From: Chrysomallon squamiferum
Lineage: Eukaryota > Animalia > Mollusca
Length of the DNA stretch: 64,000 nt
Direction: 5' to 3'
Assembly: GCA_012295275.1 (NCBI GenBank)
Contig: CM022670.1
Location: 12,772,001 to 12,836,000 of the forward strand
The notes under the pieces are model-generated. The model saw only the letters and a list, made by a program, of their open reading frames with translations. It was not told the DNA's origin and ran no database searches. The position numbers were made by a program, and so were the translations under genes. Position 1 is the stretch's first letter. Each line of letters starts with the position of its first letter. Shown one piece after another: positions 1 to 21,084 of the stretch.

Positions 1-960
1 CCATCAGTTTTAATGAATCATTTAAAAAAAAAAAAAAAAAAAAATAATAATGTTTAATTACATTTCACTCATTAGTGAAAACATTAAGTTGTTTATTTTT
101 CTTAACATATTTGCACCAAAGTGACTGGAAAAATGACAATTTTTTTTTTTATATAAAATGCACCTCCTTAAAATCACTAATACTTATCTCATCTCTTTAT
201 CTCCCTGCACTCAGTCGCTGGCTCTCCCACGTCTTTGCCGTCCTGTCGCATTGTACAGGGGGCTGCGTTAGTTCACTGCTGGCAAATCAATGCAAGTGAA
301 TTATGGAGTGTAACATTACTTACGTCCTGCATTTGAACAAACAGCTAAGTGCTTTTGCCATTCGACCCATTGAACCATTATGACTGAACCTCACAATGAA
401 TTACTGACTTCAAACAACATCCGTGAACGTCCGGTCAAGGCTGGGGAAAAAAAATCTGATTGCTGTTGTTTTTAGCTCGCTGTCTTTCTCAATATCTGTG
501 TTGCTTCGTTTCTGTCTGTTTCTATTCAACTATCTGCCGGTCTATCTATCTGTTTCGTCTCTCTCTCTCTCTTTCACTGTCTCTGTGTGTTTGTGTATGT
601 GTGAGTGTGTATGTGTGTCTTTGTACATATATATGCGCCTCTAATATTTCGTTTTCTTTCTCTTTCTCTCTCTCCGGATATGTTATTTTCATTATATCTT
701 GCAATCTCTTTGTGTGTATGTCGGTACATACACATACATACATACATATATACACCACTCACACACACACATATATACACACACACACATATATATACAT
801 ATATACATGCATACATACACATATACATACATACGAACATACATACAAACGTACATTCATACATATATACATACATACATATACATACATACATACATAC
901 ACACACATACATACATACATGCATACATACATATGTATACATACATACATACATATATAT

Positions 961-1110
961 ATCGGACTGCGGGAGAATGGGTGCCATACGTTCGAGTCTC
1001 GTCAGCGGCATATGACGAGGTTTGTGAGGTCGTGATTGGACTTTGCCCTCCTGTTCCAGCGCATTCTCTAATACTGTTTATGTGCAGAGTCTAATCAGAT
1101 GTACATACGA
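961..1110 (+). mobile_element. tRNA-derived SINE fragment (5'-truncated)
   Basis: Pol III B-box GTTCGAGTC at 990-998 in a T-arm-like context (GTTCGAGTCTCGTCAGCGGCA); GC-rich body next to a (CATA)n microsatellite; no complete cloverleaf. Confidence 0.4.
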
Positions 1111-1467
1111 CAGAGAATATTCAAAATCCGAAACTTCTATCTCTCTTCTTTTCTTTCATTTTCTCTCATTCGTGCATTCGTTCTCTCCTAAATGCAACAT
1201 TTTTCTATGAAATAATAGCATAGGTGTTCACCTTTCACATCTTTACCCGCTCCAGGATAAAAACCAGACGTTCCTCATCCAAAGCTCTTCTGTTACAGTT
1301 CTGCATTTTCTTCTTCCATCTTTTGAAATTCTCGGCTGCTTTACATGTTTTCCCGTTTCAGCATTAATTGTGCTGGTTTTCGTTTTGTTTTCTTCTTGCT
1401 TTTGGTTTGGTTGTTGTTGTTTTTTCTTGTTTTTTTTTTTTTTTATACATTTTTTTTTCTGGGAGGG

Positions 1468-1529
<62 letters not shown>

Positions 1530-2845
1530 TTTTTTTGTTGTTGTTGTTTTTTGTTTATTTTTTTTTTTAGGTCTGAGGTATTTTTATTTATTTATTTATA
1601 TTATAGATTTTCCAACACCATAAAAACATTGTATTTTGAATGCTTACAGATATATGCAGTCCTGAATTTATTTTTATAGTTATTTCTTAATGCAGTAATT
1701 TTTTTAAATAAATTAATAGAGAATTAATTTAAATTATTATCTGTTTATTTGCACACTTTTATTAATTAATTTGTTTTTAAATTTATTTGTTCATCTTTCT
1801 TTCTTTTCTTTTTTATTATTTTCTTTTTTCTTTTTATTCTTCTTTTTATTGTTGTTGTTGTTTTCAACAATTAATGTCTATTATTTAAAACGTAATAAGT
1901 AAAAAATACAATCGCTATCTTTAAACAGAAGATGAAAAACTGTAATTTGAAAATGAAGTTAAAACAACTGGAAACAAACAAAACAAAAAGAGATAACTTA
2001 AAAAAAAAAAATAAAATAAAAAGTAGTATTAAATTCCGAAAATGCAAATGAGAAAAAAAAGAAAAACAGATTTAAAGACAAACCTTTCAAAGAAAATTAA
2101 ATATATTGCTAAAAATGCGACGTTGTTTTATTAAACGCAGTAAGGTTATCCATTCATAGCATCATTTGGTCAAAATCCAGATCGATAATTCAGTACAAGT
2201 TTAGAAAAACAGATTTTGCGAATTGTTTAATATGTAAAGCACAAAAGGAATTTTTTTAAAATATTTTTTTAAATTTTTTTGTTTGTTTGTTTTGTTTATA
2301 TATATAGAAGAAGAATGGTTTAAGATGTTTCGGTTATTGAAAATGAACATATACTATATGTTTTATTCTTTTTGTCAAAACAAACAGTTGGTGCATTGTA
2401 AAATCGACAGATGTTTTATGTTTGCAGTTCTTATTTATATTCTGATCACTAATTCAAACATTTAGTCATTTTATTTACTGTATGTTAACCGATGATAATT
2501 ATCGTAAAAGCTGAAATTAAAAAGATTAAAAACAAATTAAAACGTTGAAAAAAGAATCTGTGTTTAAAGTACCTGAACACCTCAAGTATTAGTTACAAAA
2601 AACTGTGCATATTTCTGTTTTAACTTAGGCAACCTCGTGATCCTTCAGTTTTACACTTTTAAACTTTCCTAAGTGGGCTTCTAAAAATAATCATACATAC
2701 GTACTGTTTAGCAGGCTGTTTTTCTAGGTTCAGATATCAGATATATAGTAAAAGATAAATGAATAACATTGTCATTATCTTCTCATGAAAGAACAACAAA
2801 AATATAAAATAATTAGGATATTGTTTAGTTTTTATAACTTTTATT

Positions 2846-3101
<256 letters not shown>

Positions 3102-3544
3102 TACCAGGAATAGCTTAACTTGAGTAATTGATATCTGACGTCAAAATAGTATTTTATAAATTATTATTATTATAATGTTAGAATAAACGCATGGTATCAT
3201 TTTGTATCTGAACAACTGGATGGTTTCTTAAAATTATTTATATGACAGATGTTCGTTGTATGCGCTTACAGGTAGGCATATGTGTGTGCACACAAATTAC
3301 TTAATGTGAATAATTCACGCTAGTGGTATCTGTCGTTCGAACAGTCTTCGAGATTACTCACACTTTCAGGTGCAACAAAAGACAAAACGAAACCTTTATA
3401 TTCTAGTTAAACTTACATGTATGTTCAGTAACCATTTAAAACTATTCCTTTAAAATAATTACATTATAAAAACCTTATACAGAGTATGTGTGTGTACATA
3501 TATATATATATATATAATCATTTTCTATAAGTTCTCACAGTAAA

Positions 3545-9732
<6,188 letters not shown>

Positions 9733-10512
9733 TTACTTTCTCACGAAAACGAATTCGTTGTAGTGTTGCCACTTCGCTTCCTCTATGTCCAGTCCGGGCT
9801 TAATCTCTCCGCAGCTGTTGGTGCCAGATCCACAGCTGCCCACGAGGTGAAAGTCTTTGTCATACAACATGTCCATGGCCTGTTCAATGAACGTGTGCTT
9901 CAGAAAGAAACGGACAGTGTACCTGTCAGACCCGCCACGGTCTGGATCTCTGCTCTCGTTGAGCGTGTCCTCAAATACTTCTCGACATAAAGATACTCTG
10001 CCGCACACGATGATGCGGGTCAGTTTGCGGAACTTCACGTCAGCCAAGCCGTCTCTGCCGAAAGCGAAGGTTCCTCTGTATCCGATGGTAATGACTCCAG
10101 GAGTTCTTCCCTTAGCAGGGCCAGCGGCGTTTAAATTTAGCAATGGGTTTGTTGAAAAAGGTACCATGTGTTTTGTTGAATGGTTAATGTTTAGATTCTT
10201 GACTAACTCGGATAACTCGAAGTGCTCTGCTTCCTGTTTCAGCCGTTCTCGTTCGTGAAAGTTCTCCGGCAATACCAGTGACACATTTCGTAGATAGTCA
10301 AGAACATATCGAAATAAAACTCCATCACGGTCAATGAAATATTTCCCTTTTGCATCGCGAAGAAGACTTTTTCTTGTTGCGTCTGAAAACATTTTCCCCA
10401 AAAGGCACGCTTTGTCTTTTTGGAGTGTGGATAATGTAGTGGTGTAAAACACACCACCGACATTCAACTCCACGATCTCTGGATGATCCACAGAATTCGT
10501 TTTGTCCGACAT
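9733..10512 (-). CDS. KCTD12: BTB/POZ (T1) domain protein KCTD8/12/16-like, GABA-B receptor auxiliary subunit family; single-exon CDS, 259 aa
   Basis: T1 motifs EIVELNVGGVFYTT, KYFIDRDGVLFRYVLDYLR and EAEHF; H1 motifs ITIGYRG, KFRKLTRIIVCG, TLNESRDPDR and RFFLKHTFIEQA; the ORF track starts at a GTG (10584) but the first in-frame ATG is 10512 (MSDKTNS). Confidence 0.93.
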   Translation of the reverse strand: MSDKTNSVDHPEIVELNVGGVFYTTTLSTLQKDKACLLGKMFSDATRKSLLRDAKGKYFIDRDGVLFRYVLDYLRNVSLVLPENFHERERLKQEAEHFELSELVKNLNINHSTKHMVPFSTNPLLNLNAAGPAKGRTPGVITIGYRGTFAFGRDGLADVKFRKLTRIIVCGRVSLCREVFEDTLNESRDPDRGGSDRYTVRFFLKHTFIEQAMDMLYDKDFHLVGSCGSGTNSCGEIKPGLDIEEAKWQHYNEFVFVRK

Positions 10513-10925
10513 CGCTTTACTATTAATTTCCTCCAGTGTGTATTTTGTAATATTTCTTCCTTTTCTAAGATTAAAACATATCACAGTTTATCCATAAAAA
10601 TGAAAGTCCATTAGCTAATAATTAATAAATATTTTAGTTGCTCAAAAGTTCTTGTCCACCTTGATTTTCCTTCGTCCCTCAGGAATATTTCCGAGAGATG
10701 TAAACAAGCAAAAATTATAAATTCGATTGCTTGTATCCGCAAGTCCAAAATAAAACAGACGGTATTGATCGCGTTCTTCCTTTAACGTGTATGAGCCATT
10801 CCCGACTAACAGAAAATATGTAATGGTCGAAGAACAGACCACTTAAATTTCCCCATACCACTATCAGAACGTCTGTTCGTTGCCAACAGCTCTTCTGAAT
10901 TACTATCCGAGCCTAGCGCTGGTAG

Positions 10926-11024
10926 CCCAGTGACGGCACGCCAAATGCGAGACTCCGTTAAATACGTTCCTGGATCGCGAAGCGGCGTTACGTTTGACGG
11001 AATTTACTACTCCGTTCTCATTGG
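10926..11024 (-). promoter_or_regulatory. Putative core promoter of the KCTD gene
   Basis: Minus strand: CCAAT at 11020-11024, TATTTAA at 10958-10964 and Inr-like TCACTG with the A at 10931, 33 nt from the TATA start; CpG-rich context. Confidence 0.5.
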
Positions 11025-11763
11025 CTGAAGAGACGTGGATATTATTATATTTTTTCACTTTCTCTTTCTGTAGCCGTTCGTTAGTTTATCCCCATGGTGA
11101 CCACAGCGTAAGGCGCAAGCGTTATCTTTCGCCAATAGCTTCATTCAGTCGCTTCAAACGAAAAGATCGAAGCTTGTCGAACAAGAGTTTTTATTTCAAA
11201 TAATGTACAATCTCTCCGAAACATTCGATTATCGAGAAATTCTATATATAAGGTTTATAGCTGTATTTTTTTCTCTCTCTCTCTCTTTTCTTCGTCTTTA
11301 TTATTTTCATTAAGCGCGGAATACGTTGTTCGCAACAGCTGCATCGATTTTTTCCCCTCTCTTCTGCATAAGCAATGAAGATTGGAACTTACATAGGCTG
11401 TGTTTACACTTCATCTGTTATTACATACAATAACGTACAATGTCACTTCAGACGTATGAAAGACAGTGACTGCGGGCAACCCTGGGCAAAAACCGATTTC
11501 GAAAATCAAAGGATAAAAGTTGAGGGCAAAGATTTTTTTTTTTTTTTTTTTTTTCAAATAAAAACGAACCTAAGTATGTATTTGCTAATCGGTTTTGTTT
11601 GTCTAATTTAGTAAATAATTAATCTTCCACTCACTATAAATATATACACACATGTATGGACACACATGCCAAGACAGTTCGATCGTATCTTAGAACGGTA
11701 AATACTCTGGTAGGAAAATACTGAAGTAAATTAATATTGAATTATATAATTGTATTTTCAGAC

Positions 11764-11820
<57 letters not shown>

Positions 11821-13931
11821 AAAAAATCTTTTAGATGATTATTTTTAAAAGTCTGACTATAATTAAAATGTTCTTTTCTTACAGATTATTATTATTATCA
11901 CAAAGAGTGTTAAATGAAATTGTAAAAGCAATTGTGCTTTCTCTCTCAGCTTTACGCTTTTTTTCTGTCTCACTTTGTCTCTCTCTTTATGTAACTTTCG
12001 TTTTATTCTATAAATTAATTAATGCACTAATAATAATCTGAAGACTTGTTATTATCTGTATTAGAGCGAAAACAATCGATCGAAAAATATCGACGACTTA
12101 GAACCAAAACCAAGCGTCTAGATCTGTGTTCTGATTCAGTGCCGTTTTCTTAACCAAATAAAAAAAAAAAAAAAAAAAATTGTATATTAATAAATCAACG
12201 TTTCATTTAATATTTGAGTGATATTATTAATCAATTAATTTATTTATTTTTGATTCTTCAGTTAGATACCAGTGGAAATAACACTTTTGACGATTTAACG
12301 ATAATTCATTTTGTAACAGATACAAAATCAGCTAGGTTTAGAAAAGTAATTCACTTTTTTTCTAAGATTGTTTTTAGACACATTAATGAGAGAATCGTCT
12401 CCCCTATTTTTAACTCATTGAATTAATTGATCTTTTCGAGTGCTTTTGTGTATAATTTTATGATCGATGCTACACGACTATTATTATTACTACTTCTATT
12501 ACTACTGGGCTACAATCTATCTATCTACGTCTGTTTGTCTGTCTGTCCAACCTGACATATACGAAAAATGATTGTATGCGCTTTCATGACTATAGGAAGG
12601 TGAACAGTTGGTTCCTAGCTATAAATATCTAAAATCATACAACTGCGGCACTGGGCGTTCTTATAATTTATCATCATTATTCAAAAAGAAAAAAAAAAAA
12701 AAAATCATAAAATAATAATAAAAGTCATGGGTGACTTACAATTGCATTAAAATTTAAATTTGTTGATGAGTTATAAAATATTCATTATTTCTGTAAGGCA
12801 TTGAATTCAGTACTTTTTAATTTCGTTTGTGTTTTATTTTATTTCGCTACCAATTTTACATACATCACGTGTCTTCAGTGACAGGTTTAAAACATTACCC
12901 GCACACATCAAAAGTCGCTGTTACATCTAGCGAGAACAATGCTCGTGTCGTTGCTAAAAAGTGACTTTTATCATGAAGTTCCATTACTACCTGGTGTTTC
13001 TTAGCTCCTTGTCCAAACACTGCGATCTTTGCGGGATTTTACATGACCCTGGCGAAATTTATCGATTTATCTCGATGCTGTTCCGCCCGAGTTTCCGAGC
13101 GGAGAAAACCGAAGTAATCCATAACTTGATATAAGGTTATGCAATTTCGTAAATCAGGCCGTATTTTCCCCGAGTAAATTGGAACCGACGACAACCGGGA
13201 TAAACAGGAGAGAATAATTGGATGCGGATCCAACCAGTTTAGTCTAAAAACAATCACCACGAGTTGATACGAGCTGACGTAATGAACTTTAGTTGCCGGC
13301 TTTAAGTTATTTGTCTGTGTATTTGTATTTCTGCGAAAACAAGGTTTATTTATTTATTTATTTTATTTTATTATTATTATTATTATTATTTTATGTGTCT
13401 GTGTTTATAATTTATTTAACTGTTCTTATTTTATATGTATATATCCTAAAGAACAGATATATAATTCAATATTAATTTATTTCAGTATTTACCGTTCTAA
13501 CATATGTAAAATAATTAATTTTTTACTCAGTACAGCCAGCGACTGTTTTTCTCTAATAAAAATATCATTACGCAAAAACTATGTAATTGATATTTTTTTA
13601 TTTATATATCTGTATATATCTAGTCAGGCCTACACACAGACGCGCACACACGCACACACTCACACACACACACACTTCTGCTTACATTACAAACACCCTT
13701 TTATTTGTCGTTTATGCTACAGAGAAAAGCCGATGATAATAACAAAAAGATGTGCTTACTTCCCAACACATACAGTTAGTTTTCTTTTCCTCACTCATCA
13801 GCTGGTTATTAAACCACAGAAAATCGATTTTATTAATTAGTGGGAATCCCAGCAATGACTAGATCTAATTAGTGATGAATCAGCTAAATCTTCGTTGTAC
13901 AAGGCCTACTGCAACAATAATAATTTTAATA

Positions 13932-13970
<39 letters not shown>

Positions 13971-14097
13971 GTAGTAATAGTAGTAGTAGTAGTGGTAGTA
14001 ACAGTAGTAGTAATAGTAGTTGTAGCAGCAGCAACAGTAGCAATAAAAAACCGAACAAAAGAATATAGACAAGTAACAACTTCAGCCAAAATTTCTT

Positions 14098-14130
<33 letters not shown>

Positions 14131-14793
14131 TCTAGTGATGTGACCGTTTCGGGGACGGTAATAAAACTATTAACTGTAAATCGTATCTGAAGCGTGAATA
14201 ATAATATAAATATATATATATAGCGGCACAGTACTATTCGATTATTTTCTCAACATATCTAGCGAAAGTACTCTTCGATACGCAGTGCGTAATAGGGATT
14301 TTATGCTGCGTATGAATACCATGAAATGCTACGATCTGATCACCTGCTATTAACAGAACACCTCTTTCATGTCCAGACTTCATTTTAGTACCGAATTCAC
14401 AACGGGGTGTCCGGAATCGCAATGGGATGTCCGGTTCTTCCATTACTTAAAGTTAATTTTGTCAGGAAGAGCCGCACTCTAACTTCGGATATTGCCATTT
14501 CGGAGCGAAATATTATGGGAGAGAGGGACGAATAAAATATAATGTCAATTCCCTACGGTAAATAAATAGGTTCTAATTAATTATCTTTACCTTTAAACAG
14601 GATCCCTGGAACGAAATTATACAGTATTTTTCGCTTTCATTAATTATTATTATTATGATTATTATTTTTATTATTATTAAATTTATCTCGGAGAAAGGAA
14701 ATGAATTAATATTTAACGATTTCTCATAGTAAATTAATATTTATTGTAACTAATACAGAAGTATGTTACAATTAATTGTAGTAGTAGTAGTAG

Positions 14794-14834
<41 letters not shown>

Positions 14835-15354
14835 TGATAGTCGTAGTAGTAGGAGGAGCAGCAGCAGCAGTAATAGTAGTAGTAGCAGTAGTAGTAGTGG
14901 TAGCAGAAACCTGTCATCAAATTATGTATTATTTTATAAACCTTTCCAGTAACAGATAATTATACAAAGCCTGACGCGGTTGATGTAAAGGTTTCTTTTT
15001 AAAGTAGGAAAATAATAATAATAAAATCATTTTTTGTGTATCTTAACTTTTTTTTCTTTTTTCTTCTTTATCTTCCTCTTCTTTATCATTTTCTTCTTCA
15101 TAATCATCAGATTCATTTGTGTTTTTTCTCTGCTTTTCGTTTTACTTTTCTTCTGAACATTGTATTCATAACTTTCATAACTCTTCGTCCTTGTTATCAG
15201 CTTATTGTTTTATCTTTATTTTCTCATCATCATCGTTATCACAACTGACATTAACAAAACTGTTTTCATAACGTATTATGAGTTCACTGTATCTTCGTTT
15301 AAATAATCAGATAAATACAGAGACATACATACATACACACACATGCACACCCAT

Positions 15355-15406
<52 letters not shown>

Positions 15407-17477
15407 CACACACACACACACACACAAATGGGAAATAAAGCTTAATTTTTGTGTGTACGGTTATTACCACCATAAACACCTACTTATCCCTTAATTCACA
15501 GCTGCTGTGACGTGACCAGTGTGAATTAAATAATGACAGAGAATACCTGCGTGAATGCAAGTTGTTTATTTATTTGTTTCATTTTAGTTATTTTTCCACT
15601 CAGTTTTGTTCTTCATGTATAAAAAAAAGATACGTTTTGTGTGTGTGTGAGTATATACGCAGTCGATGTTTGACACGTGCTAATCAGCTGACCGTTACGT
15701 CACTATTTAGGTCGATACAAAGATGTCCGAAGATTTCCGAGTCGGTGGTTTTATGATAGGGGTCTCGGATTTCTTCTTGTAGCGTGCTTATGTACGACAA
15801 AATGGTATTTTTATGGTACCAGCGAACTCAGAAATGATCGATCTGAAGGAACGTAAAGTCACAATTATTTTAAATGAGTATACTAGCCGAAATCGTTGCC
15901 CACACGTACGGTCGGCAAAGATTAGCCAAATAAACGATACAGAATTATCTCTGGCGAAGAACCAGCGATGTCCATCCAAATGTCGGTCTCAGCTGTTCTC
16001 TGCAACAGGATAATCAGGTTAATACACAGGTAGACAGACAGATAAATATACAGATAGACAGATAAATAGACAGACAGACAGGCATGAATGGATGGAGGAT
16101 GGATTCACAGGCAGTAAAACGAACAGGCATAAATAGATATACGTATACATGTATGTACGTGTGATAGACAGATTTCTTTTACAGGTGTTTTTGTTACTGT
16201 TGTTTATTTTTAATTTTTAATTTTTTCTTCTTCTTCTTTCAAGACCTAATTCTGATACTGCAGGATACTATTAACACTGATTTTTAAACATTTTTTTACA
16301 CAATAAACAACACAGAAATAATTCTGAACTGACAGAAATGTTAAAATATTTTCACCCTTGACCATCTGTTTTCTTTTCATTAAGAAATGATGTGTCGAGT
16401 ACATCCCCGAAAAGAGAGCAAAGATAATTTAGTTAATAAATAAAATCAGTCATACTAATATAATGTGCTGCATTAGGCATCTAATTATTTACTTTTTAAT
16501 TTTTTTAATTCTTTATTTTTTGTTCTTTTCTTCGGCTTATTTTTCCTTATTACATCATTTCCATCATCAACACCACAATCATTTTTTCTTCCTTTTATTT
16601 GATTTTTTATTATTTATTTTTTTTTTTTTTTTTTTTTTTTTCTTTAATTTTAATTTTAATTTTATTATTAATGGGTTTTTTTTTTTTTTTTTTTTCAGTT
16701 TCCTTACTGGCACTTTCATGTTTGCGTTTTAACATGCGCATTTCACATTAAAGTTTAAAAGTCTTAATTCGTTCAACTATTAACACCATACACTTGTATT
16801 ACAAAAACAAATCCTCACGAAATGAAGTTTAAATTGCTTAACCATCTAACAAGACATAAATCAGAACATTTAAACGATCAGATTGCTTTTCATGTGAGAC
16901 ATTTTCTTTTCAAAAAAACAAGTGTGACTTCTGGTGTTCAAAGTACAAAACCATGTAGTTCACACTGCATTAATGTTGATGTCAGTCTGATAACTTTGAA
17001 AAGAAAACTTTCATTTACGTGAATCAGAGAAAATAACCTTTTCATCAGTCTCTTGATGTGTGCTTGATCTTTGTTTATTTGTTCTTATTATATTTTATTT
17101 TATTCTCGTTGATCTTTCAAACGAGTTCTAACGGCGAATTTCCTCACTCACAAAGCTATTACAAGAAATTTATTATTGACATCTTAATATCCTTTAATAT
17201 TAAAATGTATTCAAGTATTTTAATAAAAAATATCCACTCGTTATTACTGCTGTTGCTGCTGGCGCTGTATATTATTTCTATTATTACAGCTGCTTCTGTT
17301 GCTGTTCATTTGATTGGTTTATTCATATGCTTTACGATTGCTTGATTGATTCGTTCGTTGGTTGATTATTTGTTTGTTAACTGGTTGTTTATTTTACTTC
17401 TGTTCATTTAAATTCTGCTTTTTTTTTGATAATTATTTTCCTTGATAAGAAAGCAAAGAAAAGAAAGCATAAAAACC

Positions 17478-17508
<31 letters not shown>

Positions 17509-19491
17509 CTTTTTATGATTTCTTCTCTTTCATGTTCTATTTTATAAACGTTTTTTATATCTTTAATAAACTTACTTCTGGCATTTTAGTTTTCTGTTCA
17601 TTTTCCCTAATTTCATTACAATTATTATCTCACGTCTTCTCCTTCTCATTTCTGCCACTAGCTTTGAAATATAATTTGCATAGACTGTTACGGGTTTTAA
17701 TCAGACCTTTTTTAACAGATGTGTCCATACCGACATCAGCTGTTGCAGCTTGAGCAAGTATGTGGCTTTTACACTAAATGTGTCTGACGACTGGTACGTA
17801 GTGGTAAATGTCTTTTCAGTTTATATCAAAAACTTCTGTAGACTGATTCTTAACCGTATTCAACTTATATTGCTTAAATTAAGAGGCACAAACAACCATA
17901 TAAAACCAATTGCAAATTATTTTCTTTTTCTTTCTTTTTTTTCTCTCTCTCTCTCTCTCTTTCTCTTTCACTTTTAATTCTATATTTCTTACTTATTTTA
18001 TTATAATCCATACTTTTTAGTCTTTCTTTCTTTTTAAATTCATTTTCGATTTTATTTTATTCTGCAACCACCCCTGCAATATTATTCATGCAGAACTATA
18101 CCAGATAAAAACTTGTTACTGTTTCGCCAAGCACAAATGTTCCACCTAACGTTTTGTTGCTTAATTACGCCCATAATATACTTAAGAAGCTTTGCGTGTT
18201 TCAGTTCGTTGTCTGTGTATGTTTTTAGTACTTAATTCAGTCTGACATTTCGCCAGTATATATATATTTTAGGTTCACGAACGTCAATGCGGGGGCGCAG
18301 TTGCCCGCAACACAGTTTGTGTTGTTGTTGTTGTTGTTGCTGCTGTTCTATATTTGTGCCTCGTCAGAAATGACTGTAGTTCTATAGGTTTGTTGCTTCT
18401 CTGATTTTTTTCCTCGGTTTATAGTTTTGCTGCTTACTTGCTTGATTTGTTTGTTAGATATTTCTAGGTATGGCTGTTATTTAAACTAATCATTGGTTAT
18501 TTGGTTGGTTATATGGTTGACTGATTGACTGATTGATTGATTATTGATTTGTTACATTAAACACTATTTCTTTTTGTTTCTTCTTTTTTCTTTCTTTCTT
18601 TCTTTCTTTCTATATTTCCTTTTGCATTAGGGGCAATGGTCATTTCTTGTGTATTCTACGGCTTAAAGGTTACAAATAAAAGTGACACCGGTCTAATCAA
18701 TATTAGAAGAAGAGTATGGAAATGAGACCACAAATAAGACGGCAAGAAATTACTATTTGATGTAGGATTATCTCGCTTGATTTGCAAAAGGCTGTAAGAA
18801 CGTACATTAAGTCGACGACACGTGATATGAATATGGCTACCGTCACGGACTTAAACGAAAAATTCGTAAAAGCAAAAAAAAAAAAAAGATAACTATGTAC
18901 TGAGGAAATAAAAAGAGATTCAGAGTGAGAAAGATACACAAAGAGAGATCTTCAGCATAGAAGTCGCAGAAAGAAAATCTCTGGTACATGCAACAGAAAG
19001 AAAAAAAAACTCCACGTCTTTCGTGTGTAATATACAAAAACGAGAGAAAATATTTTTACGTGGCAGAAGCAAAAATGGAAAATAACACCTATTTATAATA
19101 ATGAGAAAAGGTTTTCAGAAGAGAAAACGAAAAAAAAAAAAAAACTTTAGTGAAACAACTTTTAGATGAAGCAATAAAGATAAAATGTTTGCGTTTTATT
19201 TTTTCTTCTTTTGTAATTAACAAAAATTCGTCTAGGAATATTCTGAGAAAACAAACAAAAAACGTTAATTTCCAGTTGTCTGTGTGTCATCCTGTCTGTA
19301 CTCTGTGCGAGAGTTAGGTACTCATTAAACAGAGAATACTAAACAATTGTATATTTAATCCTAAGACCTTTATACACAGTTAAAACTAATTTTGAAGTCT
19401 TAAATTTAATTGTTTTATATTAAAGGTCGCTATTTTAATTCATGACTTAAAGTTTCACTTTGAAAAATATGCGACCGAATCAAACAAAATC

Positions 19492-19598
<107 letters not shown>

Positions 19599-20853
19599 TT
19601 TGAATATTTTGCAAGCAAATATATATATATGCACTTACACACACATACACATATAGATATACATGCATATTAACATACATACTTTTTGTTTCTAAGCATT
19701 CCAAGAATACTAATTATAAATACGTTTTCCTGTACAAACCTTGACTTAAATTAAACAGTAAACCAAATCATACAATTAAACTCTTCCTTTTTAATAATCA
19801 GATAATTAAATAAAATCTTCTCACTCTTTTTAGTGAGTTAATATACTGATATTATGGTATCCATAATGTAACAGTGTAGCATACATATTCATACGTTATT
19901 AGGACATGTCAATAAAAAAAAATATATATATATAATAAAGAAACCAAATTTAAAGAGAAATAGATCACACCCTCGGAAAAGTCTTTAAGAATATGAACGT
20001 CATAGCATCTGTGTTGCTATTATTAGGCATGTCAATCAAAATCATATTAAAGACGCGAAGTCCCGAGAGAAATCAAAGCAGCTGCTGAAGATGATGGTTC
20101 CCGCTTTAATGTAAAAAAGAAAGGATGCAAACTGAATCGAAACGAATTAAATGTTACTAAGTAGAAATGTTATAAAAAGCAGAATTTAACCTGTAACCGT
20201 CTGAAAGATTTACGTCGAGGAAGAAAAAAGAAAAAAAAAAAGAAAAGAAAAGAGAATTAATTCAACTGTAAGCGCTTTCCAGAGAATTCGATTTAATGAC
20301 TAGCAATCTGAGGACAAAACAGTTATAATTGTTGTGGGTTACCTCAGTCCTTTTTACGTCTAGTCATGGGGGAAACAAATTCTAATTTTATTTTACTGCT
20401 TCAGTCTGGTGCGCAACAGACACACTTGAAAAATAAAACTTGATAACAGAAACCAAATCGGTTTTAACTTATTCATTGACGACTCACAATAAGCTTTTGG
20501 AAATTGTGGGCATCGTAAACCGGAAACCTCAGATATAAATTGGAATATTATTATTCTCAGGCGATTTCAATTTTCGAAACCCAATTTGTAAGGATGGGCT
20601 TTAATCACTGGATCCTGGATCTTAGTGATTTCGACAACTGTGACCGACCGTTTTGTTACGCCCGACAGGTCCTGTTCAATTACATCGTCGTCCACTGAAC
20701 ACAATTAGACGTCAGCTTAAATTTAGACTGGAAATGAACTTCGATTGAAAAGTAAATTGAATATGTTGCAACATAATTCCCTTTTACTTTCGTTCACTCT
20801 TCACAGTTGTTCTTTCGTAGCTTCCTTTATTTTATTTTTTTTTTTTTTCTTTT

Positions 20854-20906
<53 letters not shown>

Positions 20907-21043
20907 GTTGTTACTTATCTTAATTCTTCAACATGGAAGCATTTTCTTATGGCCTTCATTCTTCATTTCTCTTTTCTTGTAATTACTGTGTCAAGAAATA
21001 AACATGATTTGTGAAATATTCATAAAAATATTTGTTCGTTTAT

Positions 21044-21084
<41 letters not shown>

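Noticed and set aside
961-1040. Functional tRNA gene
   Set aside because: Only a B-box/T-arm-like part is present; no A-box, D-arm or acceptor stem pairing
423-1679. Cluster of ORFs with poly-Y/I/L and HTHT/CVCV content, and the many similar ORFs across the window
   Set aside because: Microsatellite translations ((CATA)n, (ATT)n, (GT)n, (TAG)n); no domain signal
9763-10463. Antisense and alternate-frame ORFs overlapping KCTD
   Set aside because: Shadow ORFs of the real CDS with no recognisable features
10513-10584. 24-aa N-terminal extension of KCTD in the ORF track
   Set aside because: Starts at GTG under a bacterial-type start rule; the first in-frame ATG is 10512, close to the BTB start as in homologs
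20495-20630. APE endonuclease-like words (VGIVNRKP...SGDFNFR...ILDL)
   Set aside because: Spacing far too short and an in-frame stop; cannot be distinguished from chance without a profile search
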